From Candidatus Bathyarchaeia archaeon (GTDB lineage: Archaea > Thermoproteota > Bathyarchaeia > Bathyarchaeales > Bathycorpusculaceae): 64,000 nucleotides of DNA. Location: positions 17,406-81,405 of the forward strand of contig JBEKWR010000011.1 in assembly GCA_049512935.1 (NCBI GenBank), given 5' to 3'. The stretch's first letter is position 1, and every line of letters starts with the position of its first letter. The notes under the pieces were generated by a model, which worked only from the letters and a program-made list of their open reading frames with translations, was not told the DNA's origin and searched no databases. Shown piece after piece: positions 28,250-37,775 of this stretch. Made by a program: the position numbers and the translations under genes.

Positions 28250-28842
28250 TTGTCATGGGTGAAAGCGTTAAGGTTAAGAAACTTAAGGTTGCTTGGGGAA
28301 TAACTGGGGCTGGGGACAAAATCGCTGAAATCGTCGAAGTCATGAAGGATCTCAAGAAGCAATCGGAGGACAAGGTGGAGATTGACGTGTACATCTCCAA
28401 AGCCGCAGACACCATGCTCAAATTCTACAGGCTAGACGGGGAAATCAAAAAGAACTTCCCGAAAGTCATGGTTGAAATCAACGCCAACTCACCTTTTCTT
28501 GCCGCGTGGATGCAAAGCGGCAAATACGAGTTCCTGCTAATTGCGCCTTGTTCATCAAACTCAGTTGCCAAAATCGTTAACAGCATAAGCGACACTATGC
28601 TAACCAACGCCGCGCTCATGGCGCTCAAAGCGTTTCAGCACGTGTGGATTCTGCCGACGGATTACCGCGAAAGCGTCGTGTCCACGTTGCTGCCTAACGG
28701 GAAAGAAATGAAGCTGCGGGTACGCAAAGAAGAGGCCGACCAAGTGCGGAAACTGGAAGCCACCGAAGACGTAACCGTGTTCGCTAATCCACAGAAAATG
28801 AAAGAACATTTCTTGGAATGGCTAAAGACCATAAAAAACTAG
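28246..28842 (+). CDS. afpA: Archaeoflavoprotein AfpA
   Basis: VAWGITGAG, APCSSNSVAKI, LPTD. Confidence 0.8.
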   Translation: MIVMGESVKVKKLKVAWGITGAGDKIAEIVEVMKDLKKQSEDKVEIDVYISKAADTMLKFYRLDGEIKKNFPKVMVEINANSPFLAAWMQSGKYEFLLIAPCSSNSVAKIVNSISDTMLTNAALMALKAFQHVWILPTDYRESVVSTLLPNGKEMKLRVRKEEADQVRKLEATEDVTVFANPQKMKEHFLEWLKTIKN

Positions 28843-28910
28843 CTGCTAGCTGCACAACGAAATTGCCTCGTCTTTCATCATTTGCGGTTGACAGGTCAGT
28901 TTCCATTTCT

Positions 28911-29609
28911 TCATTGATTGATTTCGTAGGGTCGAGCGCGCATCTTGTCTTTTGCATTGTTTTCTTTCGCTTGCTTATCCCATTCTCTGTTTCCGAATAG
29001 GCTTGACATGGCCTTTGCGACGAAAAGCGGGAGGAAAAGGGCGGAAACTAAAGCTTCGGCTTCTTGTGATATGGGTTGACCAGTTGCGAGGTTGGCAGCC
29101 GCTAACGAAAGTCCCTTCGTAAGTTTTCGAGTCATGCCCCTCTTTTCGTTCAGCGGTTCACTGTTCAGAGCCATGCCCCAGCCGACTCGGATTTCTCCGC
29201 CCCACCTGAAATTTGACGCGTCAGCAAAATTTCGAATGATTTTAAACGCGATATCCATGTGCTCCTTTTCGGGGAAGCCGCAGTTCATAACTGCAACAAG
29301 CATCTGCGGTTTCGTCGGCGCGACGGCTTTTCGATGTTCATGAATCAGCTCCAACGCTCTGATGGTTGGCGAGGGGAAACTGTCAACGTACAATGGCGTA
29401 GCTAAGACCACTATGTCAGCGTTGTCAACGGACTTCAATAGCTTTTCTGTGCCGTCGCGCGTGTAAACTGAGCGAATAGCAAACGCTTCTTCGGAAACCA
29501 AACCTTTCTGCTCCAATTTGTCAACCAAGAATTTTCCAATTACACGCGAGTTGCTTTTGTCGCCTCTCGGGCTCCCATTCAAAAGCAGAACGTTTCTCGG
29601 TTGGCTCAT
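28911..29609 (-). CDS. Flavodoxin-like NAD(P)H-dependent oxidoreductase
   Basis: NGSPRGDKSNS, TPLYVD, NCGFPE. Confidence 0.8.
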   Translation of the reverse strand: MSQPRNVLLLNGSPRGDKSNSRVIGKFLVDKLEQKGLVSEEAFAIRSVYTRDGTEKLLKSVDNADIVVLATPLYVDSFPSPTIRALELIHEHRKAVAPTKPQMLVAVMNCGFPEKEHMDIAFKIIRNFADASNFRWGGEIRVGWGMALNSEPLNEKRGMTRKLTKGLSLAAANLATGQPISQEAEALVSALFLPLFVAKAMSSLFGNREWDKQAKENNAKDKMRARPYEINQ

Positions 29610-30178
29610 GATTTAACCTCCACCTTTTGCAACTGTTCCTCGACAAAGGCGGGTACCGTCTTGGGATCGTTATCCCGCTGGAAAACGCTGACGGCATGCG
29701 CGGGCGGACGAAAATTAAGCATGTTCCGCTCAGCTAACGCCACGAAGGTTTCTTCATAGTCTGCGCCGGGTTCTTGCGTTCCGATGACGAGTAGGTTTGG
29801 ATATTTTGTGTAGCGCATCTGGTGATGGATTTGCCCATGGTAAACTTTGAAATAGGGCAGTAGGATCGGGATGATGCGGTCAAGCGCCTTCTTCAGTTCA
29901 GAGGAGTATCCGCCGAAGGTAACTGGGGTCAGCCACACCAGCAGGTCGCTTTGAATGGCTTTCCTAGTGGTTTCCCGTCCCGCGTCATTAATCACGCAAA
30001 CGCCAGGAGTCTTAACCCAGCAGCCGAAGCAGCCAAGGCAAGGAGCAATCTGAGTGGAGCGAAGTTCGATTGGTTCAACCTCCCAACCCGCTTTGGTCAA
30101 TTGATCAACAATGGCTTTTTCTATCGCTTCGAGGGTTAGGTCGCCTTCTTTGGCGCCGTTAAAGATTACAGCTTTCAT
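29606..30178 (-). CDS. Flavodoxin/iron-sulfur flavoprotein family
   Basis: CLGCFGCWVKTPGVC, KKALDR. Confidence 0.82.
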   Translation of the reverse strand: MKAVIFNGAKEGDLTLEAIEKAIVDQLTKAGWEVEPIELRSTQIAPCLGCFGCWVKTPGVCVINDAGRETTRKAIQSDLLVWLTPVTFGGYSSELKKALDRIIPILLPYFKVYHGQIHHQMRYTKYPNLLVIGTQEPGADYEETFVALAERNMLNFRPPAHAVSVFQRDNDPKTVPAFVEEQLQKVEVKS

Positions 30179-30183
30179 TTTTT

Positions 30184-30852
30184 TTAGTCTCCAATTTTTT
30201 TGGTTTGAATGTTCTCGATCGAGCCGCGCAGGGCACGCAGCGTGAACTTAACCGTAGCGTCCCTGTCTGCATCCGCCCGTCTAAGGAATATCTCGAAACC
30301 TGGCGGAAGCAGAATCATGGCTCTTGTTGACTGAATGAGAAAAATCGATGTTTGCTGCGGATTTAGGTCAGGTTTAATAGAGCCATCCTTTATGCCCGTG
30401 ACCACTGCATTTAATACTGTTTCGAGGTTTTCGCAGCTTACCCTGATTAATTCCGCTGCGTTTATGTCGTCACTGCGTGCAACGGGTAAGTTTTCAGCTT
30501 CTACCAGTACGTGAAAGTAGTGGGGATGGCGCTTGTAGAATTCGTAATACGCCTGGCCTATTGCAAAAGCTTTTTCCAGTCCGCTCTGGTTTCGGTCTGC
30601 TGCGTCTTTGAACATTTCGTTCATTATGTGTGCTCCTCTTAGGGCGACGGCTGAGTACAGCGCTTCTTTGCTCTTGAAATACGTGTACAGTGTGCCTTTG
30701 GCAAGCTGTGCCTTGTCTGCAATTTCCTCTATGGTTATTTCGCTATAGTTTTTGGAGAAGAAGAGGGTTTGGGCAGCGTCCAAGATGAGGTTGCGGCGTT
30801 GTTCTTTCTCTTTTTCTCGTCTCTGCTGTGTTAACATTATTGTGACCGCCAT
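30184..30852 (-). CDS. TetR/AcrR transcriptional regulator
   Basis: ILDAA...TIEEIA...AKGTLYTYFKSKE. Confidence 0.92.
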   Translation of the reverse strand: MAVTIMLTQQRREKEKEQRRNLILDAAQTLFFSKNYSEITIEEIADKAQLAKGTLYTYFKSKEALYSAVALRGAHIMNEMFKDAADRNQSGLEKAFAIGQAYYEFYKRHPHYFHVLVEAENLPVARSDDINAAELIRVSCENLETVLNAVVTGIKDGSIKPDLNPQQTSIFLIQSTRAMILLPPGFEIFLRRADADRDATVKFTLRALRGSIENIQTKKIGD

Positions 30853-31074
30853 CCATTATTTGACTATCAGTCAATTAATGACTAACAGTCACACAACCCT
30901 TAAAAACCTTCCCACCCAAAACAAGCCAACAAAGAAACAGCCAAAGTTACCTCGGGTTCAAAAAAAGCCGCGCCTTGAAAAACAAGCCGAGAGAGATTCA
31001 AAACTCGCTCAAGCGATCCAAAGCCGCAGAAACGGGCTTCGCATTGAAGCTAAAAACTATGGCACAGGATTTTC

Positions 31075-32340
31075 TTAGCGTGATGGCGCATGAATATATT
31101 TGTTCACCAGATCTCGCTTGTTTACAACGTTGAGTTGTTTGAAGAGGAAATCAAACTTTACCTCGATTTCAGCTGCAATTGCGTCGCGCGTTTCCTGCGG
31201 CAACCGCATAATGTCTTTCTTGAAGGGCCCTAACCCTTTTTTGCGGGTTTTGTAGAGGAACTGCTCTTCTGTTTCGCCAGGTTTAGCCTCGTTTGCCGCG
31301 TTGACTTTTAGCCAAGCATAAATTTTCTTCTTCAGGTCGTCTGGGAAATGATTTGACTCGTAAATCATGTTCTGGAACTCCGTGGCTAAGTGCACCTCGG
31401 CGGTTTCGCATTCGACGAACTTGTGGAAAGCCGAGGGCGGCAACGTTGATGCGCCATGCTGGACGGCTCCCGCGAGCCCATATCGTTTGCGGGCAATCTC
31501 TGAGAGGGTCTTGAGCGTGTTAAAGTCGAGACTGATTTGCGCGATTGACCCATCAGGCAGGACTATGCCGCCGTGAGTTGTCCCAGTCTGAACAGAAATC
31601 TTGCTGATGCTGACTAACCCTTTAGGAAGCCTTTCTTTTAGGCCATCCATGAAGACGTGCAGGTCTTCAGGCGTCGAATTCTGATGCCCAATCTCGCCGA
31701 TTTCTCCGCCCACCGAAATCGTGGTTCCCTTCGGTTCATGTTGGCGAACAAACTGGGCAAGTTTTGCGCAGACGTCATAATTTAGGAGTTGCTGCTCTTT
31801 GTAGGTCGGTTTCGATAAGTCGACAAGGGTTGAGGAGTCTATGTCGATGTTGTAGAATCCCGAGCTTATGGCATCCGCAATTAAAGCTTGCAGGGCTTCA
31901 GTTTCTTTCTGCGGGTTTTCTTTGTACTTGGCGGCGTTGGCTTGGAAATGGTCGCCTTGGATAAAGACTGGTCCAGAATAACCCTCTTTTATCGCCGCTG
32001 CCATAACCATGCTTGCGAACTCGATTGGCGGCTGAAAAGTGTAACCGATCTCGGAGCGGGCAATCTCAAAGACGAAAGCGCCAGAATCATTTTTCTCCGC
32101 CACCCTGAATATTGCCCGAGCCAAATCATAAGTCATGCTGCGCAGGTTTATCGCTGGAACGGTGAAACCAGAGAATTCGCCCCTGCCGCGCGCCATGTAA
32201 AATTCTTGGATACTTGCGGGGTAAATTCCCTTGGCGGAAGCCGCGTCAAAAACTTTTTGAGCTAACGGCTTCTTTTTTGAAATGTCATCTTCCAAAATTA
32301 TTTCTGTTACGGTTTTCTCAACGTCAAACGATTTTGCCAT
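31075..32340 (-). CDS. Class II fructose-bisphosphate aldolase family protein
   Basis: QGDH, DIDSS, GEIGEIG, GTTHGG, VQHGAS. Confidence 0.85.
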   Translation of the reverse strand: MAKSFDVEKTVTEIILEDDISKKKPLAQKVFDAASAKGIYPASIQEFYMARGRGEFSGFTVPAINLRSMTYDLARAIFRVAEKNDSGAFVFEIARSEIGYTFQPPIEFASMVMAAAIKEGYSGPVFIQGDHFQANAAKYKENPQKETEALQALIADAISSGFYNIDIDSSTLVDLSKPTYKEQQLLNYDVCAKLAQFVRQHEPKGTTISVGGEIGEIGHQNSTPEDLHVFMDGLKERLPKGLVSISKISVQTGTTHGGIVLPDGSIAQISLDFNTLKTLSEIARKRYGLAGAVQHGASTLPPSAFHKFVECETAEVHLATEFQNMIYESNHFPDDLKKKIYAWLKVNAANEAKPGETEEQFLYKTRKKGLGPFKKDIMRLPQETRDAIAAEIEVKFDFLFKQLNVVNKRDLVNKYIHAPSR

Positions 32341-32469
32341 ACAGTCTCACATCCTCATATCGGTGCCTAACTTATGAGCCCTATTTCTCGTATTTGAGTA
32401 TTAAGCCTTGCTGAGCGCTAGCTTGCTGCAAATAAAAGTTAATATTGTTTTGTTGCTTAATGTGGATGC

Positions 32470-32994
32470 ATGTCTTTTCATGTTAGGCGCAAAGATCGAG
32501 AAATAACTGACCCTGAAGAGATGCGGCAGGTTCTGAAAACGACCCAGTACGTCACTGTCGCCCTCTGCATGGACAACGAACCCTACCTTGTCTCTCTAAG
32601 CCACGGGTACGACCAAGCCAAAAACTGCATTTACTTCCACTGCGCACCCGAAGGCAAAAAACTCGTTTACCAGAAGGCGAACAACAGGGTGTGGGGTCAA
32701 GCGGTGCTGGATTTCGGCGTGACGGACGAGTGCGACTACGTTTACACTTCAGTTCACTTCTGCGGCAAAATGGTCCTTGTCAGCGACCTCGGCGAGAAAC
32801 AGCACGCGATTGAAGTGCTGATACGTCAGCTTTCACTGGACCCAGACGCTAAACTTGCAAAGGTCAAGCCCGAGAAGCTGGAGAAGACAACGATCGGAAG
32901 AATCGACATCGAGTACATGACGGGCAAAAAGGGTTCGCCTAACAAAGACAGACTGCAAGAGTTGAATTACGTTTTCCGAAGAAAACCCAGTTAA
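32470..32994 (+). CDS. Pyridoxamine 5'-phosphate oxidase/NimA-like flavin-binding protein
   Basis: RRKDRE, EPYLVSL, IYFHCAPEGKK, YTSV. Confidence 0.85.
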   Translation: MSFHVRRKDREITDPEEMRQVLKTTQYVTVALCMDNEPYLVSLSHGYDQAKNCIYFHCAPEGKKLVYQKANNRVWGQAVLDFGVTDECDYVYTSVHFCGKMVLVSDLGEKQHAIEVLIRQLSLDPDAKLAKVKPEKLEKTTIGRIDIEYMTGKKGSPNKDRLQELNYVFRRKPS

Positions 32995-33036
32995 GATTGC
33001 ACGCAAGGAAAACGTCAAGGGCGGGTAAAGCGGGTT

Positions 33037-34230
33037 TTAGAATGCCCACGCACCCGAAGCGAACAACCACGTGAAAAAGAACAAGCCCGCGCAGAAAACC
33101 ACGGCTATAGCGATGTTAACTGATTTTTTTGTTGAAAGAAGCCCGAGCGCGAGGAAAAGCGGGAACATGGAGAGCACGTAGCGGGGTATGCTTATCCAGA
33201 AGCCTGTTGAAACCGCAAGCATCCAAGTCAGCAGCATGTAAACTTGGTAGGATGGCCGCAGCTTCATTTTGTAGGCGAGCCCGATCATCAGGTACCCGAA
33301 GACGGCGAAGACGATTTCAGCGTAGCCGATGGTGACGTTGAAGGGGTACGATGCGCCGCGTGCCCAGCCTAACGCCGTTCGCAAGGCGCTCAACGGCTGA
33401 AGGGTCTGGTACCAATGCGAGCTTTCAACCTGCATGAACGTGAAGAAGCTTCCAGTAACCTCAAAATTGATTCCAAGGTAAATCAGGAAACCTACGGCGG
33501 GCAGGCTCAGCCAGAGGAGACGAAGATCCGACGATTTCAATTTCCAGTTTTTCTGGTGGAAATACTCAACAATCAAAGCTGGAAGAAGAATTAACCCTGC
33601 GATCCGCGTTAACGATGCAAGAAAACCCAAGAAAGCCGCCAAAGACCAACGTGCGTTTCTCGCGTAGTAGAGGCTGGCTACGACCAGAGCGAGGAACAGG
33701 CTTTCGGTGTAGACGGCGGACATGAAATAGGCTGTTGGGAAAACGCATAGGAAAAGTACGGCTTTTTTGGCTACGCTGTCGCTGTAGTCGAGCTTTGCAA
33801 GTTTAAAGAGGTAAACGACGGCGACGATTGAGGCTACGTTTGACACTATGAGCCCTGACAGGTTGACGTATGAAAAATCAAACGTTATCAGCCGCACCAG
33901 AACGGGGTAGAGTGGGAAGAAAACGATGAAGTTGGCTTCGTCGCCTTGGTTCGTGTAGCCATGCTGGGCTATGTACATGTAATGGGGGCTGTCCCATCTT
34001 GCAAACATGCCCATCAGCAAACCGAACGGCTGAGTGGAAGATCCACTTGCAACCGCCGAATCTAACGCTGAAGCATAGCCTAAAACGAAAACTGCAAACT
34101 TGGCAACCAAAGCGATGACGACGGCGACTTTCAGCGAGTAAGGAATTTTCGCATACCAAGCTTTGATTTTCTCCCAAGCCACGGATAAACCTCCTGCGCG
34201 TGCATAATTTCTTTGAAAGATCATTTTCAT
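33037..34230 (-). CDS. GT-C mannosyltransferase (PIG-V-like) membrane protein
   Basis: RWDSPHY, FFPLYP, YTESLF; multiple TMs. Confidence 0.85.
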   Translation of the reverse strand: MKMIFQRNYARAGGLSVAWEKIKAWYAKIPYSLKVAVVIALVAKFAVFVLGYASALDSAVASGSSTQPFGLLMGMFARWDSPHYMYIAQHGYTNQGDEANFIVFFPLYPVLVRLITFDFSYVNLSGLIVSNVASIVAVVYLFKLAKLDYSDSVAKKAVLFLCVFPTAYFMSAVYTESLFLALVVASLYYARNARWSLAAFLGFLASLTRIAGLILLPALIVEYFHQKNWKLKSSDLRLLWLSLPAVGFLIYLGINFEVTGSFFTFMQVESSHWYQTLQPLSALRTALGWARGASYPFNVTIGYAEIVFAVFGYLMIGLAYKMKLRPSYQVYMLLTWMLAVSTGFWISIPRYVLSMFPLFLALGLLSTKKSVNIAIAVVFCAGLFFFTWLFASGAWAF

Positions 34231-34312
34231 GATTCAATACGTCGTGAACGTCATATAGTTTTTTGGATGATTCTCAAAGAAAGGGCAAAAGCGTTGAAGA
34301 GGCAATTTGCAT

Positions 34313-36145
34313 TTAGGAGCCACTTTGAGGTTCAACTTGGTATATTCTCAGGTCTCCGTTTGTGTAAACAACCTTCAGCCAGCTGATCGAGTTGAACCAT
34401 GCCGTGCAGCCTGGATAATGGGACAATTCGTCGTTGCCGACGTAAACGTATGACACCTTGTAGTCGGCTATCACCTGCTGCAGCGCCGTTAAGTTGCCTT
34501 GATACGCCGCTTGGACTTGGTCTTGCCGCTGGATAATCTCGCCAAGTGGCACGCCCCAGCCGTAGGCCCAGTTAACGTAGGAGGAAACGGTGATTCTTCC
34601 GCCGATGAACGCTGGCGGGCACTGAATGGAGTTGTTGTACGTCAGGAAAACCGAGTCCTGCGGAGTGTTGCTTCTGACCCAGAGCCCAAGCTGATACTCC
34701 TGCCAACTCGCAGCCGTGTAGTTTGTTCCAACGTTGTAGATGATGACACTTGCTGAAGTCAAAACGCAGAGCAAAACCACCGTTACGATGACGATTTTTC
34801 GGGTTTTGGCTAACATCACGCCAGCCAACACCGCGATGGGTATCCACGCGAAAATGAATAACTTGTACATGTCCCACACGTTGGGCGTGAGCACCAAAAT
34901 GTTTGGTAGCAGCACCAGGAAAATCATCGTGCCTTTGAGAAGTTCGTTCCCCGACTTCACGAAGGAAACGATTGCGATGATGAAGGGGATGCCGAGGTTC
35001 AGAAGGTAGTAGAGGGGCGGGTTATGCGCGAAGTTGGCGATCCACGCCGTGCTCAAAGAAATCGTCGCAGGCGGCCCGTTGTGGAAGATGAATGGCAATG
35101 CCAAAGCAGTCGGCAACACGAAGTAAAGGCAGTTTGTCAGCTTAAACCGCTTGAAGTTAAACAGGACAGCCACGGCGAAGGCGACGTAGCAGCACAAGAA
35201 AGCGACGTTGTGGAACTCGAAGAGCAAACCCGTCATGACGCCCGCCAACAGGAGCCTGTTTCGGCTGTTCATGTTCCTGAGCAAAGCCAACACGAAGGCA
35301 AACACGGGCAAGCCGATCAGAAGTGGTCTCTGCTGAAGCAGGTTATCAAATATGCTGGGCAAACCGAACAGCCCACCGTACTGGTAACCGTAATTTTGTG
35401 TCACGTTAAACGTTCCATTTAGCAACGCGCTGAACAGCCCAAAGTAGCTTAAACCCCAACCAAACGTCGCTATCACGGTGGCGATCACCGCGGCGCGCCT
35501 GCCGTCGGGTCGCGTCAAAGCGTAGATTGCGAAGCCGAAGATGACGATGAAGACGGCGTTTAGGAAGGGCAGAAGCTGGGGCAGGTAGCCGAAGACGTTT
35601 TCGACGATGGCAGTGTGGAAATCAACAAAGTAATAGTAGGTCATGGGTACCCCAGCGAAGTTAGGCATCTGCGGCGGAAAGTTCCCGTTGTTTATGCTCT
35701 CTATTATTTCGTAGTGCAGCGGCGTGTCCTGCCAGTTTGAACCCGTTAAAACTATCCCGTACTGGCTGCCGCGCCAAACGCTGATGAACAGGACAATTAG
35801 GGCAATGGCGAAAATGGTGGCAAACAGGAGAAGACTTGTTTTCTTTATGCGGTCTAGCCGAAGGAACTTTGGCGGCTGCAGTGGTTCACCCTTCTTGTAA
35901 ACCACCAGCGTGTAGGCTGCTGTCAAGGCGAGGAAGCTTAGCAATATTGTTTCGCGTGAGTAGCCGACAGCCAGGGAAAGGTAGTAAATGAATTCGACTG
36001 AAACCATGACGCTGAAAAGCGGCACGAAAGCCCAAATTTCATGGGACTTCAACTTGAAGAAGCGGTAGGCAATCAAGCCTGGAACGAGGAAAGTGAAGAC
36101 TAAAGCGGCGAAGAGGGCGATGTAGATTGAGGGAAACGACGCCAA
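34313..36145 (-). CDS. Multi-pass membrane protein, GT-C/DUF2298-like
   Basis: DTPLH, FPP..P.FAG, YYYF; C-terminal YVYVGNDE domain; true start uncertain. Confidence 0.7.
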   Translation of the reverse strand: MASFPSIYIALFAALVFTFLVPGLIAYRFFKLKSHEIWAFVPLFSVMVSVEFIYYLSLAVGYSRETILLSFLALTAAYTLVVYKKGEPLQPPKFLRLDRIKKTSLLLFATIFAIALIVLFISVWRGSQYGIVLTGSNWQDTPLHYEIIESINNGNFPPQMPNFAGVPMTYYYFVDFHTAIVENVFGYLPQLLPFLNAVFIVIFGFAIYALTRPDGRRAAVIATVIATFGWGLSYFGLFSALLNGTFNVTQNYGYQYGGLFGLPSIFDNLLQQRPLLIGLPVFAFVLALLRNMNSRNRLLLAGVMTGLLFEFHNVAFLCCYVAFAVAVLFNFKRFKLTNCLYFVLPTALALPFIFHNGPPATISLSTAWIANFAHNPPLYYLLNLGIPFIIAIVSFVKSGNELLKGTMIFLVLLPNILVLTPNVWDMYKLFIFAWIPIAVLAGVMLAKTRKIVIVTVVLLCVLTSASVIIYNVGTNYTAASWQEYQLGLWVRSNTPQDSVFLTYNNSIQCPPAFIGGRITVSSYVNWAYGWGVPLGEIIQRQDQVQAAYQGNLTALQQVIADYKVSYVYVGNDELSHYPGCTAWFNSISWLKVVYTNGDLRIYQVEPQSGS

Positions 36146-36399
36146 CGCGAGAATCAGCAGGAGGATGCAGAGCCAGTACTTCTGCAGAACCGATCGGTAA
36201 TCAGTGTTCCTTAATACTTCCTCTCACCGCCCCCAGCCGAACATTCAGACTAAAATATGCGGCACCGTATTAAAATTACGCTTAAACCCCACTTTCAGCA
36301 GGGCAAGCGACAAAAGAAATCCGATTCCAACAAGCTCATCAACTGCGCCTGCGGGAAAAGTTAATTAGCTAAATTATCGTGTATTGTTGCGGCGCTTAA

Positions 36400-36477
36400 G
36401 CCCAGGTAGTATAGTTCGGTCCAGTATATGCGGCTGTCGCCCGCAGGACCCGGGTCCAAATCCCGGCCTGGGCGCCA
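36400..36477 (+). tRNA. tRNA-Asp(GTC)
   Basis: Acceptor stem gcccagg/cctgggc, anticodon arm tgcgg-ctGTCgc-ccgca, T-arm ccggg-tccaaat-cccgg, encoded CCA. Confidence 0.95.
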
Positions 36478-36572
36478 CTTCTTCATGTCCGAATCTCCTC
36501 CTGAGGTTCTTAAAATTTCCAGTGCAAACAGTTAAATTTCAATTCAAGTAACTCTATTCTGAGTGTTAAAAG

Positions 36573-36830
36573 ATGTCCTTGGAAAGTGTTGTAGACGAGT
36601 TTCCTTTATTTAAGGAAAGAGAGGAGAAAGAACGCTTTCTTGTCATCTTAGGTCTTCTTGCTTCTCGAACCGTTACCTTGGCCAAAGCTGCCGAAGTTAT
36701 GGGTATGTCTCGTAATGAGTTCTCAGCCTTGCTTCGGACTGCTGGTTTTAAGTACAGCTACCTGGATGAGGCAGAGCTAAAGAAAGAAGCACAAGCTAGC
36801 AAGAGCTTACTCAAGAAGCGTTGCAATTGA
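36573..36830 (+). CDS. UPF0175-family antitoxin
   Basis: VTLAKAAEVMGMSRNEF HTH. Confidence 0.8.
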   Translation: MSLESVVDEFPLFKEREEKERFLVILGLLASRTVTLAKAAEVMGMSRNEFSALLRTAGFKYSYLDEAELKKEAQASKSLLKKRCN

Positions 36831-37309
36831 AAGCCACAGTTGACAGTTCAGTTCTGCTAGCACTTGGCAAACTCGGCTACCTTAAACTTCTTGGGAAAGT
36901 TTTCGACAAGCTGTTTGTAGCTCAATCAGTTTTTGAAGAAGTAAGAAACGATGAGGTAGCGGCGCAAATCCAAGAACTAAGGAACGAGAGATTGATTGAG
37001 ATAGTAAAATGTTCAAACCCCGAGTTACTTAACCTGTTGTCATCTAGCCTTGGAAAAGGCGAGATAGAAACCATGGTGTTAGCGCTTGAGTTAAAAACTG
37101 ATGCAACGTTGCTAGACGATTTGAAAGCTCGTAAAACGGCAAGACGATTAAAGATTAAAGTCATGGGTACAATGGCTTTGTTAAAGGCTTTCTTGGACCT
37201 AAAGCTAATCGAGCAGTCCCCTGAAGATTTATGCAAACAGCTTATCGATCAAGGCTTCTGGATCGACGAGGAACTATGCCTAAAAATACTCAAAGATAAG
37301 ACGGATTAA
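36821..37309 (+). CDS. DUF3368/PIN-domain toxin
   Basis: VDSSVL, LGKGEIE, LLDDLKAR, GT. Confidence 0.85.
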   Translation: MQLKATVDSSVLLALGKLGYLKLLGKVFDKLFVAQSVFEEVRNDEVAAQIQELRNERLIEIVKCSNPELLNLLSSSLGKGEIETMVLALELKTDATLLDDLKARKTARRLKIKVMGTMALLKAFLDLKLIEQSPEDLCKQLIDQGFWIDEELCLKILKDKTD

Positions 37310-37377
37310 TCGAAAAATTACACTCAGCTATAATGCATGTGATTTTGAGGGCGAAAAACGAACTAGACCAAGCGAAG

Positions 37378-37397
37378 CCTGGTCTGGGCGCCACTTC
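37378..37397 (+). repeat. Duplicated tRNA-Asp 3' end (attR-like)
   Basis: cctggtctgggcgccacttc versus cccggcctgggcgccacttc at 36462-36481 (18/20). Confidence 0.8.
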
Positions 37398-37493
37398 AAT
37401 TATTTTTTGGGATTCACGATACAGATGACAGGTTAAGATTTCCCGTTCATAACCGATAAATTAACCGTAAGATAAACGAATGCAGGGTCAGAA

Positions 37494-37691
37494 ATGGAAA
37501 GCAAACAAGAAACTCAAATTCCCTGCGTCACCTGCAAGTCTTATCACGCTAAACTCAGGAAGTTTTCCTGCAAACCGCATGATTGCAAGGAGCTCTCTTC
37601 GTGGCTTCTACAACACGTTCCTCAGCTTAGGCCAGACCGCGTGGAGATGGGAGTTCAGCTCCCTGAAACGTCGATTCCATACGTGGTTTAA
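37494..37691 (+). CDS. Small Cys-rich putative Zn-binding protein
   Basis: CVTC...CKPHDC. Confidence 0.55.
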   Translation: MESKQETQIPCVTCKSYHAKLRKFSCKPHDCKELSSWLLQHVPQLRPDRVEMGVQLPETSIPYVV

Positions 37692-37775
37692 AGTCAGGTT
37701 CATCCTTCTTCTTCAATCTGCCATTTAGTTGTTTGTGGTTCCTGTCTTGTTTTTTCGGAAAAACATATCAAGCCG

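Noticed and set aside
36146-36225. N-terminal extension of 34313-36145 with a non-canonical start
   Set aside because: The frame is open about 26 codons further upstream near a GGTGA RBS-like sequence, but it has no ATG, GTG or TTG, so it cannot be resolved from sequence alone.
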